From Pelagomonas calceolata (taxonomy: Eukaryota), in contig CAKKNE010000001.1 of assembly GCA_918797485.1 (NCBI GenBank), forward strand, positions 310,001-374,000: a stretch of 64,000 nt of DNA, in the 5' to 3' direction. Positions within the stretch are counted from its first letter, which is position 1, and every line of letters begins with the position of its first letter. The notes beneath the pieces were generated by a model that worked only from the letters and a program-made list of their open reading frames with translations, had not been told where the DNA came from and did not search any database. Below, one piece after another: positions 35,374 to 46,396 of this stretch. The position numbers and the translations under genes are program-made.

Positions 35374-36180
35374 TTACTTCTTCGCCGGCCGGGCCCCGAA
35401 GATCGTCGAGCCGACGCGGACGTGCGTCGCGCCGAGGCCTAGGGCCTGCTCGAAGTCGTGGCTCATGCCCATGGACAGGGCCAGCGTATCGGCAGAAACG
35501 CCGAGCTCGGCCGCGGCCGCGTCTCGACAGGAGCGCAGCACGTTGAAGTCCGGCGACGCGTCGCCCTCCGCTCCACTGTACTTCCCGATGCACATGAGCC
35601 CAATTAAATTCAAGTGCGGCTTCGCGTGGATGGCTTTTGCAAGTTCCGGCGCCGCGTCCGGCGCGCAGCCGCCCTTGGTCTCTTCGCCCGACGTGTTCAC
35701 CTGGAGGAAGCACATCAAAGGCTCCACATTACCAAGCTCGCCCCAGACCCGATCTAGAGAATTGGCGATCTTCGCGCGCTCGACCGTGTGCACGCATGCT
35801 AACTGGGGCACCTGGCACAATTGCCTTACTTTGTTCGACTGGAGGCTCCCGATGAAGTGCCACCGCAAGCCCTCGACGTCCTTCGCCGCCTCGGCCTTCT
35901 CGGCGAGCTCCTGCACGTAATTTTCCCCGAAGTCGCGCTGGCCCGCGTCGAAGGCCGCCTTCACATGCGAGAGCGGCTTAAGTTTGGAGACGGCGATGAG
36001 CGTCGCGGTTTCTGATATTTTGTTTACGCGCTCGCGCACGGCCTGGACATTCGCCTGGACCGTGGCTGCTTCGTCGGCGTCGACCCAGGTAGCCATCGTC
36101 CGTGCGAGGCGCGGCCGGGCACGGCTCGCGTACAGTGCCGACGCGCTGGACACGCACCAGGCGCGCGTCGCCAGGCGCAT
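35374..36180 (-). CDS. PLPBP: Pyridoxal phosphate homeostasis protein (YggS/PROSC family)
   Basis: LIAVSK, FGENYVQE, WHFIGSLQSNK, QVNTSGEETKGG, LSMGMSHDF, VRVGSTIFGAR. Confidence 0.95.
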   Translation of the reverse strand: MRLATRAWCVSSASALYASRARPRLARTMATWVDADEAATVQANVQAVRERVNKISETATLIAVSKLKPLSHVKAAFDAGQRDFGENYVQELAEKAEAAKDVEGLRWHFIGSLQSNKVRQLCQVPQLACVHTVERAKIANSLDRVWGELGNVEPLMCFLQVNTSGEETKGGCAPDAAPELAKAIHAKPHLNLIGLMCIGKYSGAEGDASPDFNVLRSCRDAAAAELGVSADTLALSMGMSHDFEQALGLGATHVRVGSTIFGARPAKK

Positions 36181-36204
36181 ATGCGCCTGACTGCTTGTGT
36201 GTAT

Positions 36205-36320
36205 GCAGTACGCACGGCTCCCGTGCGACAGCAGGCTGCAGTATGCACGGCTCTCGTGCGCCAGCAGGCAGTACGGCACTCGTGCGACAGCGGGCAGTAC
36301 ACACGGCTCTTGCGACCGCA
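36205..36320. repeat. Degenerate tandem repeat, about 4 x 26-33 bp, upstream of PLPBP
   Basis: Unit gcagtac(g/a)cacggct(c)cgtgcgacagcag. Confidence 0.75.
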
Positions 36321-36346
36321 CGCCAGCTCGGCTTGCTCTCAGAGTG

Positions 36347-36368
36347 CTAGTGTCTTACAAGCCGCTAG
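36347..36368 (-). promoter_or_regulatory. CTAG-bounded intergenic motif
   Basis: Reverse complement is ctagcggcttgtaagacactag, upstream of PLPBP. Confidence 0.65.
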
Positions 36369-36430
36369 CAGCGATCCGAAACGCGCGCGTTCCGCACCCT
36401 GTATCTAGAGGGAAGTAACTAAACATAAAC

Positions 36431-38848
36431 TTACTGGGGCACGAGCTTCTTGGCCCGCCCGTCCAGGCACAGCGGCCGCCGCGACCGCGCCGGCGGCCCG
36501 CCCCGGCAGTCGCGGCTACGATCCGATAGCTTCACGGAGCGAGGCGTCCACTTGGGCTTGGCGCGCGCCGGGGGAGCGTTTGACGGTGGCGGCAATGGTA
36601 CGGTGCCCCGCGTCTCGGACAGTGGTCCACCGCCGGTCCGGAAGCCCTCGCTCGGCACCGCGACTCGCTTCGAGAAGGCGCGGAACTCGCCCAGCGTGAC
36701 GAGGCCCGAGCGGTCTTCGTCTATCACGTCAAAGAGAAAAGCGAGGTCCTCATCAGACACGGTGGCCGTCCGCTTCTTGACGGCCTCGATCAAATCAGCT
36801 CGGTCCATCGCGCCGCTCTCCGGGTCGAGGACGCGGAAGAGCCGCGCGTACGAGACGCCCTGGCCCCTGGTCGCGTCGTCGAATCCAGGCGATCCGCCCC
36901 GGCTCGCGACGACCTCCCCGAGGCGGCCCAGGATGGCTTCCGCCCTGGCTCTATCGCGCGCGTTGACCCGCGACGCGCGCGGCTCCGGCGCCGGCGGTTC
37001 CGGTCGCGCGACCTGCACGTCAAACAGCCGGCCCCGTATTTTCTTCGCAAATCGAGCGAAGTCCTCCAGCGCCACGACGCCCGTGCCGTCCTCGTCGATG
37101 GCCCGGTAGAGCAGCCGCAGGTCCGCGTCGGCCACGCCTTTCAAGTTGTCGAGGAACGCGCGGCGACAGGCCCGCACCAGCTCGCCGGCGTCCAAGGACT
37201 CCTCGCCGAAGACGCAGAGCTTCCGGAAGACGCGGCCGTAGGCGATGTCCCGCTTCGCGACGCCGAAGCCGCCCGCGCGATCCGCACTGTCCATGTCGAC
37301 GCGCCGCGCGATGTGCTCGAAGAGCGCCGCGGCGCGCGCCAGGTCCTCGGGCGCGAGCGGCGGCCGCCGCGGCGGGGCGGACACCTCGAGGGCGATGTGC
37401 GTCCGTCCCACGTCGCGCGGCGCGCGCTGTGCAGGCTTCTGCACCTCGCGCTGCCGCTCCGCGTGGCGCGCCGCAACCCCAAAAGCCAAACCGCGGGCGT
37501 ACGTCGCGAATTCAGCGCGCTCGACGAAGCCCGTGCCGTCCGTGTCGCAGGCGTCGAAGAGCGCGTCGGTAGCGAAGCGCGCCGGTGAAGACGGGAGTAA
37601 ACGGACGATCTGGTGCCTCAATTCATTCCGGTCGAGGCGGCCGCGCCCGTGCACGTCGAGCTTGCGGAACATGCGCGCGTAGTTGACCTTCTCGTGCTGC
37701 TCCGACTCGCGCTGGATCGTCGACGCCAGCGCGTAGAAGAGCGCCTCGGCGGCGGCGCGCGCCATGCGGTCCGTCTTGTCGGACGTTGGCCGCGGCGCTA
37801 CCACGACCTCCGTCGGCCTCGGCCGCGCCGGCACGGTCTCGGCGAAGGTCTTCCTGGGGAGCGGCCGCCGGGGCGGCGGCGGTGATATCGTTAAGTCGAC
37901 GCGCCGCGCGAAGTGCGCAAAGTCCTGGAGCGTGACGACGCCGCGCTGCTCCAGGTCGCAGCACTCGTAGAGGCACGTGACATCAGAATCAGACACGTCG
38001 CTTCCAAGGAGCTCCCGCACGCGCCGGCTTAATTCATCCCGGTCCACCACACCGAACTTCGCGATCTTGTGCCAGAGCCGCGCGGGCGTCAGCTGGTTCG
38101 GCGGCGCGCCGAGGCGCGAGACGAGGCGGTCCCGCGTTTCATGTGGAAACGTGAAGCGTAGCTGCGCGTCTGTGGTGGAGACGGTGCGGTGCAGGGCTTG
38201 CAACAGCTCGATGGCCTTCTTTCGCGTCGCCGGGTGCGCCGCGCGCTCGCTTTGTTGGATGGAGAGGGTCCGGATTCTTCGTCGCACCGCGGGCGCCGAC
38301 TTCGGCCGTTTCACGATTCTGTCGAGCTTGGGCTTCGGTTTCGGGAAGTCGGCCGGCAGCTCGGCGGCCCGCGCGAACTGGGCGAACTCCTTGAGGGTCA
38401 CGACCTCATTACTATCGTCGCTGTCGAGGGCGTCGAACAACAGATCTATATGCCGGTCCTTGGGCGCCGGTCTCAGTAAAGACCGGAGCCGCGATTTGAG
38501 GTTGTGGCGCTGGATGCCGCCGTGGCCGCACACGTCGAGTTGCTTGAAGATCATGCCGTAGTTCGGCGACCCCTCGCCCTGATGCAGCGGCGACGACGCG
38601 CCGCGACGAAGTCGCCGGGCGCGGCCCACGTACTTTGATCGGCGTCGTCGACGTCCTGCTCGGCTTGCTGCTGTATTCTCTTGGGCGGGCTCCGCGCGCG
38701 CGGCGGCGTCGACGGCACGGCGTCGTCGTAGACCCCATACACGTGCTTGATGCGCTCCAGTCTCTCGTCGTCCGGCGGCCGGCGCGGCGGGCGCTGCGCG
38801 GGCGGGCGGCCGGGGTGCGGTCGGGATGCGGACCGGCGCGCGGCGCAT
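36431..38848 (-). CDS. Multi-EF-hand repeat protein (5' frameshift likely)
   Basis: Five repeats such as LFDACDTDGTGFVERAEF, IDEDGTGVVALEDF and IDEDRSGLVTLGEF. Confidence 0.8.
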   Translation of the reverse strand: MRRAPVRIPTAPRPPARAAPAAPAAGRRETGAHQARVWGLRRRRAVDAAARAEPAQENTAASRAGRRRRRSKYVGRARRLRRGASSPLHQGEGSPNYGMIFKQLDVCGHGGIQRHNLKSRLRSLLRPAPKDRHIDLLFDALDSDDSNEVVTLKEFAQFARAAELPADFPKPKPKLDRIVKRPKSAPAVRRRIRTLSIQQSERAAHPATRKKAIELLQALHRTVSTTDAQLRFTFPHETRDRLVSRLGAPPNQLTPARLWHKIAKFGVVDRDELSRRVRELLGSDVSDSDVTCLYECCDLEQRGVVTLQDFAHFARRVDLTISPPPPRRPLPRKTFAETVPARPRPTEVVVAPRPTSDKTDRMARAAAEALFYALASTIQRESEQHEKVNYARMFRKLDVHGRGRLDRNELRHQIVRLLPSSPARFATDALFDACDTDGTGFVERAEFATYARGLAFGVAARHAERQREVQKPAQRAPRDVGRTHIALEVSAPPRRPPLAPEDLARAAALFEHIARRVDMDSADRAGGFGVAKRDIAYGRVFRKLCVFGEESLDAGELVRACRRAFLDNLKGVADADLRLLYRAIDEDGTGVVALEDFARFAKKIRGRLFDVQVARPEPPAPEPRASRVNARDRARAEAILGRLGEVVASRGGSPGFDDATRGQGVSYARLFRVLDPESGAMDRADLIEAVKKRTATVSDEDLAFLFDVIDEDRSGLVTLGEFRAFSKRVAVPSEGFRTGGGPLSETRGTVPLPPPSNAPPARAKPKWTPRSVKLSDRSRDCRGGPPARSRRPLCLDGRAKKLVPQ

Positions 38849-39194
38849 CGTGCGTCGCTGGGGCAGCCTTAGCGCTGCAATGCGTCTGCGCTCTCGCGCT
38901 GTGCAAAGCGCTGCGCTGTGGGCTCTCGCGGTCGAAGCCAGCTAAAGCGTCTGCGAGGCGTCTACTCCTCGGGCGCCCCGCGTCGGCGAGGCATCCGTTG
39001 ATCCGCCGGCGGAAAAACCCGTTTTTTCACTGCAAAAACACAGGGGGCAGCCACACGAGGAGGGCAGCGCGCAAAAGAGCGCCGATAGATACCGGTCTGG
39101 AGACTATTTGGGGGTTAAAAGCTGCCGGCGCGCAGCCTGCGGCGGGAGGCCACTGAATTCAAAGCCTTCCTGCCAAAACAGAAGCCAAGTAATA

Positions 39195-41574
39195 ATGGAC
39201 TCCATCCTGCAGAACCTCTCCCACAAAGCAGAGCCATGCGCACAGAAGGATAGTACCGTGGCGCCGCCGCCGCCGCCGCAGCGCAAGCTGACGATCCGCC
39301 TCCCGGTTGGGTCGCATAATTCGTGTGAAGCCGCCGCCTCGACCGCGCCCCAGAAGGACGTGGACGCCATCCTGAGGAACCTGGCCGGCTACCGGCCGCC
39401 GCCGCCCGGCCCGCAGCTCTTTGGGCCGCCGCCCAAGGCCCGCGCCAAGCCCACGCTTCAGCGGACGACGCCGCGCGCGCCCGACGCGGGCCCGCTGCCG
39501 TCGATCCTCGAGCTGCTCGAGCAGCACGTCGCCGCCCGCCCGACGAGCGAGGCGCCGCCGACGGCCGAGGAGACCCTCGCGGCGCTGGGCGCGCCCGGCG
39601 ACGATGAGGCGCCGCCGACCGCGCCGCCGACGGCCGAGGAGGCCATGGAGGCGCTGGGCGCGCCCGGCGACGATGAGGCGCCGCCGACCGCGCCGCCGAC
39701 GACCGAGGAGGCTATGGAGGCGCTAGGCGTGCCCCGCTACGTCCGAGACGCTCTGCGGGCGCCGCCGACGGCCGAGGAGGCTACGGAGGACGTCCGAGAC
39801 GCCCCGGCGCCGCCGCCGCCCGCGCGGAAGAAGCGGCGGCTGAGCGGCTTCGGCAGCACCCCGAAGTTCCCCGCGAAGCTCTTCGAGATGGTCTCGCACC
39901 ATTCAAATGTTATTACTTGGGAAAACGGCCGCCTCGTCGTCCGCGACCAGGCGCGGCTCTGCGCCGAGCTCATGCCGCGGTACTTCACGGTCAAGACCGG
40001 GACGGCGACCTTCCCGTCCTTCGCGCGCCAGCTCAACTACTACGGGTTTTCAAGAGCGAAGACGGGCGCGGACCTCGCCTACGTGCACCCGGGCGTGGCG
40101 AAGGTCGAGGACCTCGCGACGCTGGCCCGCAAGGACGAGCCGGCGCGGAAGAAGCCCAAGGCGTCGGAGGCCGTCGAGGTCGTTTCTCTGGAGGAGCACC
40201 GCCGCGTCGTCGCGGAGCGCGATATGTTAAGGGAGGAGGTGTCAAAGCTGCGCAAGGCCCTGGCGCAGGCCGAGGCCGCGCTGCCAATCCACACGGCCGA
40301 GGCCGTCCGCCAGGGCGACCGGCCCGATCCACGCCTCTACTTAGCCGACTCAGCAACCAGTAAAGATGTCTGCGCCTTTTGTGGGAAGCATCATGGCACG
40401 CCGAACGCCGACGGCACGCTCGAGGGTGATTTGCTGTTCCCGCCCTTCCGCGGGAACGATGGGAAGCCGGTCTGGGTCCACGCGCAGTGCGCGTTGTTTA
40501 GTGCCGAGGTCCACGGCGAGCGCGAGGGCGACCTGTACAACGTGTTGGCTGCGGTCAAGCGGGGCCGGTCGTTGAAATGCGCCGCGTGCGGCGAGCGCGG
40601 CGCGACGGTGGGCTGCGGCGAGAAGCGCTGCTCGAAGTCCTTCCATTTGAGATGTGCTGCGGCCCACGGGCTGTTGCAGGGCGAGACGACGTTCCACTGC
40701 CGGAAGCACGCGAGTTGGCCGGACGCCGTGCAGTGCGACCGCTGTTTTAAATGGAGAGCCTGGGACTGTGTGGAAATCAAATTTCGGGCGTCTTACGCCA
40801 TCGACGCGACGTGCTTTCCGTAGCTATCAACGCGACTTTGTCCCCGTGGCCGCGTCGGCTCGATGATGTGGAGGTTCAGGATAACCTAACTCACTGTTGG
40901 TTTCCACACAGGCCTGGAAGACCGTAGATAAAACGACGGGGCGGCCCGCTCCTTTGCCTGAGGGCGACTGGTTCTGCGAGCTGAACGAAGATACGACTTG
41001 TAATAGTTGTGAAGTGAAGGCATCAATTACGTCGCCCGAGGCCGTCGAGCCCGACCGACGGGGCGACGCGGTCGCCATTGAGGGTCAAAAGTGCGCGTTC
41101 TGCCTGTCTCCGTCGTTATCCTTACTTGAATCCAAGGCGCCGGGCGGTTTGTGCACGAGGCCACTGAAAGACGGTCCCAAAAGTGTCTTCCACCACGCGG
41201 CCTGCCTGGCGCTCGCGCCGGAGGTCGTGCGGTCGGGCGGCCACGTCTTCCGCGGGCTGAGCGCGTTGCGGCGCGGGCGCCTGCTCAAGTGCTTCTCCTG
41301 CGGGAAGCGCGGCGCCACGGTGGGTTGTGGCGTGAAGGAGTGCCCGCGGAGCTTCCACGCGCCCTGTGCGTTATTCAGATCTGGAGGCTGCGTCGACGAG
41401 GGCAACGGCGAGTCGTCGAACGTCTTCTACTGCAGCGCGCATCGTAACAAAGGGACGGACCGGTGGGTGTCGTGCAGCCACTGTAGCGCGTGGCGGCGCT
41501 GGAAGGGCCCCGTCGACGCGACGGGCGGCGAGCGTTGCTGGCGCCCGACGCGCAGCCAACCTGTGCGGAATTAG
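39195..41574 (+). CDS. HSF DNA-binding domain + extended PHD + CW zinc finger + second ePHD/CW protein; exons 39195-40757 and 40912-41574
   Basis: FPAKLFEMV..VITW..FPSFARQLNYYGF (HSF); WVHAQCALFSAEV..C..CGERGATVGC...C.KSFHLRCA (ePHD, twice); VQCDRCFKWR..WFCELN..C (CW). Confidence 0.85.
39545..39790 (+). repeat. Coding tandem repeat (EAPPTAPPTAEEAMEALGAPGDD, about 66-bp unit)
   Basis: Visible in both DNA and protein. Confidence 0.8.
40758..40911 (+). mobile_element. Introner copy 9 (154-nt GC-AG intron; element 40766-40911)
   Basis: TSD gcctggga/gcctggaa (7/8); removal restores the CW finger KWRAWKT. Confidence 0.92.
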
Positions 41575-41758
41575 GATCGGCCTGCGACGCGCCCCGGACG
41601 AGCCCAGGGCGGCGAGGTCGAGCTCACTCTCGAGGAGGGCGTCGCCGCCGCGGCGCCGGCCGTCGCGCACCCGCTCCTCGGCGCGACGCGGCGGGCGCCG
41701 CTCGGCGCTAGCGTGCCATCTGTGTTTGAACTATCTGTACGTGCGACTTTTTTTTTCG

Positions 41759-41780
41759 CTAGCGGTCTGTAAGACACTAG
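41759..41780 (+). promoter_or_regulatory. CTAG-bounded intergenic motif
   Basis: ctagcggtctgtaagacactag, upstream of the pseudouridine synthase. Confidence 0.65.
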
Positions 41781-41954
41781 AAAAGCATTCGTTTGCAGCT
41801 CTGGCTCAATTGCGCGGCTATGAGCTTCAAACAAGCAAATCAGAGGCGTGCTTAATCTCTGCGCTTCGGTACCTGCGCTGGAAACTGCGCCAGAACAGGT
41901 CGTACCTACAGGTGCACACGCTGCACACTGCGGTACAGGCTGCGCACAGCCGCC

Positions 41955-43049
41955 ATGCGTGCGATTTATGCATTCATCGCAGTGCAACTCCGCATCGGTG
42001 CAGCCCTCAGCAATGCTGCAGAGGCGAGATTCAAAGCGTGGGCTAGACCGCGCACCGATGCGGTGCACACCGTCACACATGTCCCAGATTCGGACGAGGC
42101 GCGGCTGCGGCGCTACGCAACCGCCGCGTTCGCCGACGACCTCGTGACCACTAACGCGGCCAATCTCGCGTGCAGGGCTGCCCGACTCCTATGCAACGGC
42201 GAGAAGTCGTCGGGCGCACGGATCGTCAAAACGGGAGACGTGCTGACGCTCGCAAGGCCGCCGGAGCGGCGGACGCTCCTACCTGACGACGAAGAGAAAC
42301 GCGACGCCTGGATCTCGAAGCGGGAACGGCTCCTCGCCGCGCTCCGCGACGAAACTCGGCACGCGCCACCGTTGCAGGTGCTCTACGAGGACGACGCGAT
42401 GGCCGTCGTTTTGAAACCAGCAGGAGTCCACGCGATGAGCTGGCGGAATACGCTGAAGCGACGACAGCTCTGCCTCGACGACGTCTTGCCGCTTGTCTTG
42501 GAACCCTCGCGGGCCGCCGACGCGCTCCCGGCGCCCCTGCCCCGGCACCGTCTTGACGCGCGCGTCGCCGGACCCGTGGCTTGCGCGAAGACGCGGTCCG
42601 CGCACGTCGCGCTGGGCCGCGCCTTCGAGCAGAACGAAGTCGACAAGGAGTACGGCGCGCTCGTCGTCGGCGCGGTGGCGTCGGGGACCGTCGATGCTCC
42701 CATCGACGGCCTCGCCTCGACCACGGTCGTGACGGCGCGCGGTCAAACGCCCTGCGCCGTCGACGGCGTGCTCACGGACGTCGCGCTCAAGCCCGTCACG
42801 GGTCGGCGGCACCAGCTGCGGCGCCACTGCGGCGAGACGCTCGGCGCGCCTATCCTCGGCGACGACTTATATGGGGGCCCGCGCAAGAGCATCGGCCTCT
42901 TCCTCTACTGCCGCCGCCTCGCTCTTGCACACCCGCTCGCGCCCGGACGGCTAGTCTCGTGCGAGATCGACGAGCCGCGGCGCTTCGGGCGGCATCGCGT
43001 CAAGGCCCAGAAGGGCTGGGACTGGGCGCGCGACCACGGCGAATTGTAA
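41955..43049 (+). CDS. RluA/RluD-family RNA pseudouridine synthase, probably organelle-targeted
   Basis: VLYEDD..AVVLKPAG, HRLD, TGRRHQLRRH, PILGDDLYG. Confidence 0.9.
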   Translation: MRAIYAFIAVQLRIGAALSNAAEARFKAWARPRTDAVHTVTHVPDSDEARLRRYATAAFADDLVTTNAANLACRAARLLCNGEKSSGARIVKTGDVLTLARPPERRTLLPDDEEKRDAWISKRERLLAALRDETRHAPPLQVLYEDDAMAVVLKPAGVHAMSWRNTLKRRQLCLDDVLPLVLEPSRAADALPAPLPRHRLDARVAGPVACAKTRSAHVALGRAFEQNEVDKEYGALVVGAVASGTVDAPIDGLASTTVVTARGQTPCAVDGVLTDVALKPVTGRRHQLRRHCGETLGAPILGDDLYGGPRKSIGLFLYCRRLALAHPLAPGRLVSCEIDEPRRFGRHRVKAQKGWDWARDHGEL

Positions 43050-43077
43050 ATGTTGCTTGTTGTTGTTAGACGTAAGC

Positions 43078-43626
43078 CTATGGTTGCGCCGCCGCCTGCG
43101 CCGCGACGCTCTTGAGGCGGGAGCCCTGCTCGGGCGACAGCTGGAGGTCCGCGATGTCGGCGTCGTCGAGGTACTGGACGTCGCCCGGCGCCTTGGCGCC
43201 GAGCTCGGCCAGCTGCTCCTCGATCTCGGGCACCTCGGCGTCCGCGAGCACCTTCCGCAGTTGCGACGACGGCCGCGGCGTGCCCCGCGGCGACAGGATG
43301 CGCGCCTTGACGGCGTGGTGCGGCAGCGCGAGTTCCGCGAGCCACAAAAAGACGACGAAGGCCAGGGCGACGCCGTACGCAGTGCAGCCGCCCGCGCCTA
43401 ATGCGAGCACCGCGCCGCCCGCGGCGATGCACTGGGCAGCCTCATACCCATCCAAGTGCTCCAACAACATGGTGGCGTCTCTACGGCAGCCGGGGCAGCC
43501 CTGGATCGGCCGCCTTCGCACAAGGCCGAGGCGTACGCCGTCGGTGTGCTCGTCCCGCGACCGATGCGCCCGTATTGCGAGCCGCAGATTGCGAGACGGG
43601 CGCTCTGCTGGAGGAGGCGCTGCCAT
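43078..43626 (-). CDS. Membrane protein with a SAM-like C-terminus
   Basis: Hydrophobic segment followed by LAELGA...DVQYLDDADIADLQL. Confidence 0.45.
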   Translation of the reverse strand: MAAPPPAERPSRNLRLAIRAHRSRDEHTDGVRLGLVRRRPIQGCPGCRRDATMLLEHLDGYEAAQCIAAGGAVLALGAGGCTAYGVALAFVVFLWLAELALPHHAVKARILSPRGTPRPSSQLRKVLADAEVPEIEEQLAELGAKAPGDVQYLDDADIADLQLSPEQGSRLKSVAAQAAAQP

Positions 43627-43716
43627 CTCCCTACTCGGCCCGCCGGAGACGTCGCCACAGCTGTCGCCGCCGCCCGCGAGTCGTGCATACTCCTCCCTGG
43701 CTGGATACGAGACAAG

Positions 43717-44795
43717 TTACGCGCCCGACGTCAGGGCCTCGAGCAGGTACGCGCGGTGCGCGGCGCGCCCGGCCAGCTCCGCGCGCCGCGGCGGTCTCGA
43801 CGAGTGCGCCTCGAGCTGGCCGAGGGCCTGGACGACGGGCAGCTCCGCGGCGTTTTGATCAATTGCCTCCTCCGCCGGCGCGTCCCCGGCAACGTCGTCG
43901 TCGCCGCCCAGGTCGCCGTACATGTCGTCGTCGCCTCCCCCCAAATCGCCGTACATGTCGTCGTCGCCGTCGTCGGCCGCTTCACCAACATCAGCGGCGG
44001 CCCCGTCGTCGTCCGCGGCCAGGAGCTCGTCTTCCTCCACCTCCGCGGCGCCGCGCCCGCGACACCTCGGCGAAGAGCGCGTTATCACTCAAAAGAGCGC
44101 GCGTGATGGGCGCTTGCAGGCGCTTTTTCCGCTCGCGGTCTCGCCTCAACACCTCGGGTCGACGGGCTCGGGCCCGGCTCGGGCTCCGGTGGCGCGGGCT
44201 CCGGCTCCGGCGCCTCGACGGCCGGCGGTTGCGCCGGCGGTGGAACTGGCGGCACTACCGGGGCCGGCCGGCCCTCGGGCGGGAAGGCCGGCGCGATCGC
44301 CGGCGGCGCCGCGCCCGGCGGCAGCGCCGCGAGCACCTGCGGCGCCGGCGCCGGCGGCGCCCACGGCATCCCTTGGGGCGGCGCGCCGTAGGGGGGCGCG
44401 CCGAAGGGCGGCGCCGGGAAGGCGCCGAAGGGCGGCGGGCCGCCCATACCCCCGGGCACCATGCCGAAGGGCGGCGGCGCGCCGCCCCAGGGCGGCACGG
44501 CCTGCCCAAAGGGCGGCGGCGCCTGGCCGAAGGGCGGCGGCGCGCCGGGCGGCGCGCCCGCGAACGGCGCCGGCGCCGGCGGCGCGCCCGCGCCGGCCGG
44601 CGCCGCGCCGCCCTGCGTCATCCAGGCCGGCATCGTCGCGCCGCGGCCGCGGCCCACGGGCGCCGCCGGCATGGGCGGGGCCTCGTCCTTCTTTTTGGGG
44701 GACTCGGAGCGTCTCCTTCGAGACGACCGCTTGCGGTCGCGGTCCCTATCTTTGCTCTTGCTGCGGCTGCGGCGGCGGCGCGAGCGGGACGGCAT
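43717..44795 (-). CDS. RS-rich / Pro-rich low-complexity protein (frameshift near 44100)
   Basis: RS N-terminus, GRGRGATMPAWMT, PPPFG repeats, DDDMYGDLG repeats. Confidence 0.6.
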
Positions 44796-45008
44796 CGTTG
44801 CTTGCGCAGTTATGCGTCTTACACGCGCGCGCAGTTGTGTCTGCACAGCGAGTGGCGGCAAGTGTAGTTTTCTGGCAGCGATGCACGCAGTTATGCGTCG
44901 CGGCGAAGCTGTGTGTCGGGAGCGGAGCGCTGTTCGCACCAAGCAGCGTAAGCACTGGTGTCTGCTGATGCGCGTAGAGCCGCGCGCGCGGCTGTCTTTG
45001 CATAAAGA

Positions 45009-45037
45009 CTAGCGGCTGTAAGACACTAGGACACTAG
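45009..45037 (+). promoter_or_regulatory. CTAG-bounded intergenic motif with duplicated gacactag
   Basis: ctagcggctgtaagacactaggacactag, between divergent genes. Confidence 0.65.
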
Positions 45038-45398
45038 AATGCAACTGTCGTGGAGCATACAAGGACTGTTGCAGCCACGCCCCGTCGACGCCGCGCTCTA
45101 AATAAAGATGCTAGTGGGACTATCTAGAGGGACAACCGCTGACCAGACAAAGCTATTTAGCGCCCGACGTCCAGCTCAGGCCCCGAGAACCTGCCCGACC
45201 GGTCTCAAAGGTACCGCACCGCGCCGTCGCCCCACTCTCCCATAATCCGGCAGCGACGAGGCTCGCAGCGGCTGCCGAAACTAGCAGTTCCAAGGTTCAG
45301 CAGAGAAGCAGCTGCCGCCCCGACGCCCGGACCATAGAAGAGCTGCTACCCCGACTCCCGGAGCAAGTGTTGCCCGCACGAGCCACAACGACTGTACA

Positions 45399-46336
45399 AT
45401 GAGCGCCACGGCCACCGCGACGGCGCCGCGCGCCGACCACCCGGATACCATAAGAAGGCGCAAGCGCAGCCCGAGCCCGAACGGCGTCGAGGACACTTTG
45501 AACAAGAAGCTCCAGAAGCACAACTGGTTCAAGGACATCGACCACCTGGAGCTCAACCCCCTGTTTCTGCTGGAGCTGCCCGGGGTTATTTTGCTATCGA
45601 TCTACTACCGGCAGCACTTTAGCTGGAGCGTGATGCCCCACATGTTTGGCATTTATATGCTCAAGGAGATCATTGGCATGTCGGCGTGCTTACATAGATA
45701 CTTCGCTCATAGAGGATTTACGTGTAGTCGATTCGTCCAATTCTTACTCTACTTGGGAGGATCATTAGCGTCCCAAGGCTCCCCCATCTGGTGGGCCTCG
45801 ATGCACCGGCGGCACCACGCGGCCTGCGACACGGACGACGACCCGCACTCGCCCGTCGTCAAGGGCTTTTTCATGGCGTGGATAGGCTGGGTCTACGTCC
45901 CCGGGAACGAGGGCGCGCTCGGCGCCGGGACGGACCGACGACTCGTACGGGACTTACTCGCGTTTCCGGAGCTCGCGATCATGGAGAACCTGCATTTCGG
46001 CGTCGTACTGGCCGCGCACTACGCGTTCTATCGGTACGGAGGCATCCAGTGGGCCCTCTTCGTGAGCGCGTGGTCGAGCATCATCTGCCAGCTCGCCACG
46101 CTGTATTTCAACGCCGCGTTCCACACCCGGACCATGAGGAGGACAGGTTCCCCGGGGCCTGCCAGGCTCGCGACATTCCGTTAGATCCATTATCAAACTT
46201 GATGGGCGAGGCGTACCACCGGTGGCACCACCAGCACCCGAAGGCGTTCCAAAGGCCGGGCCTGGACCTGCCCTACTACCTCTTCATCCTACCTATGCTC
46301 AAGCTGGGCGTGTTCCACGGCAAGAACCGGCTCTGA
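45399..46336 (+). CDS. Delta-9-type membrane fatty acid desaturase (frameshift near 46127)
   Basis: His boxes HRYFAH, HRRHH..DTDDDPHSP, and GEAYHRWHH in the shifted frame. Confidence 0.88.
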
Positions 46337-46396
46337 AGAACCTTCGCTCGCTTTCGCGTCGCTCCTCGAACCCTGTATAAATCACATATCTTAAAC

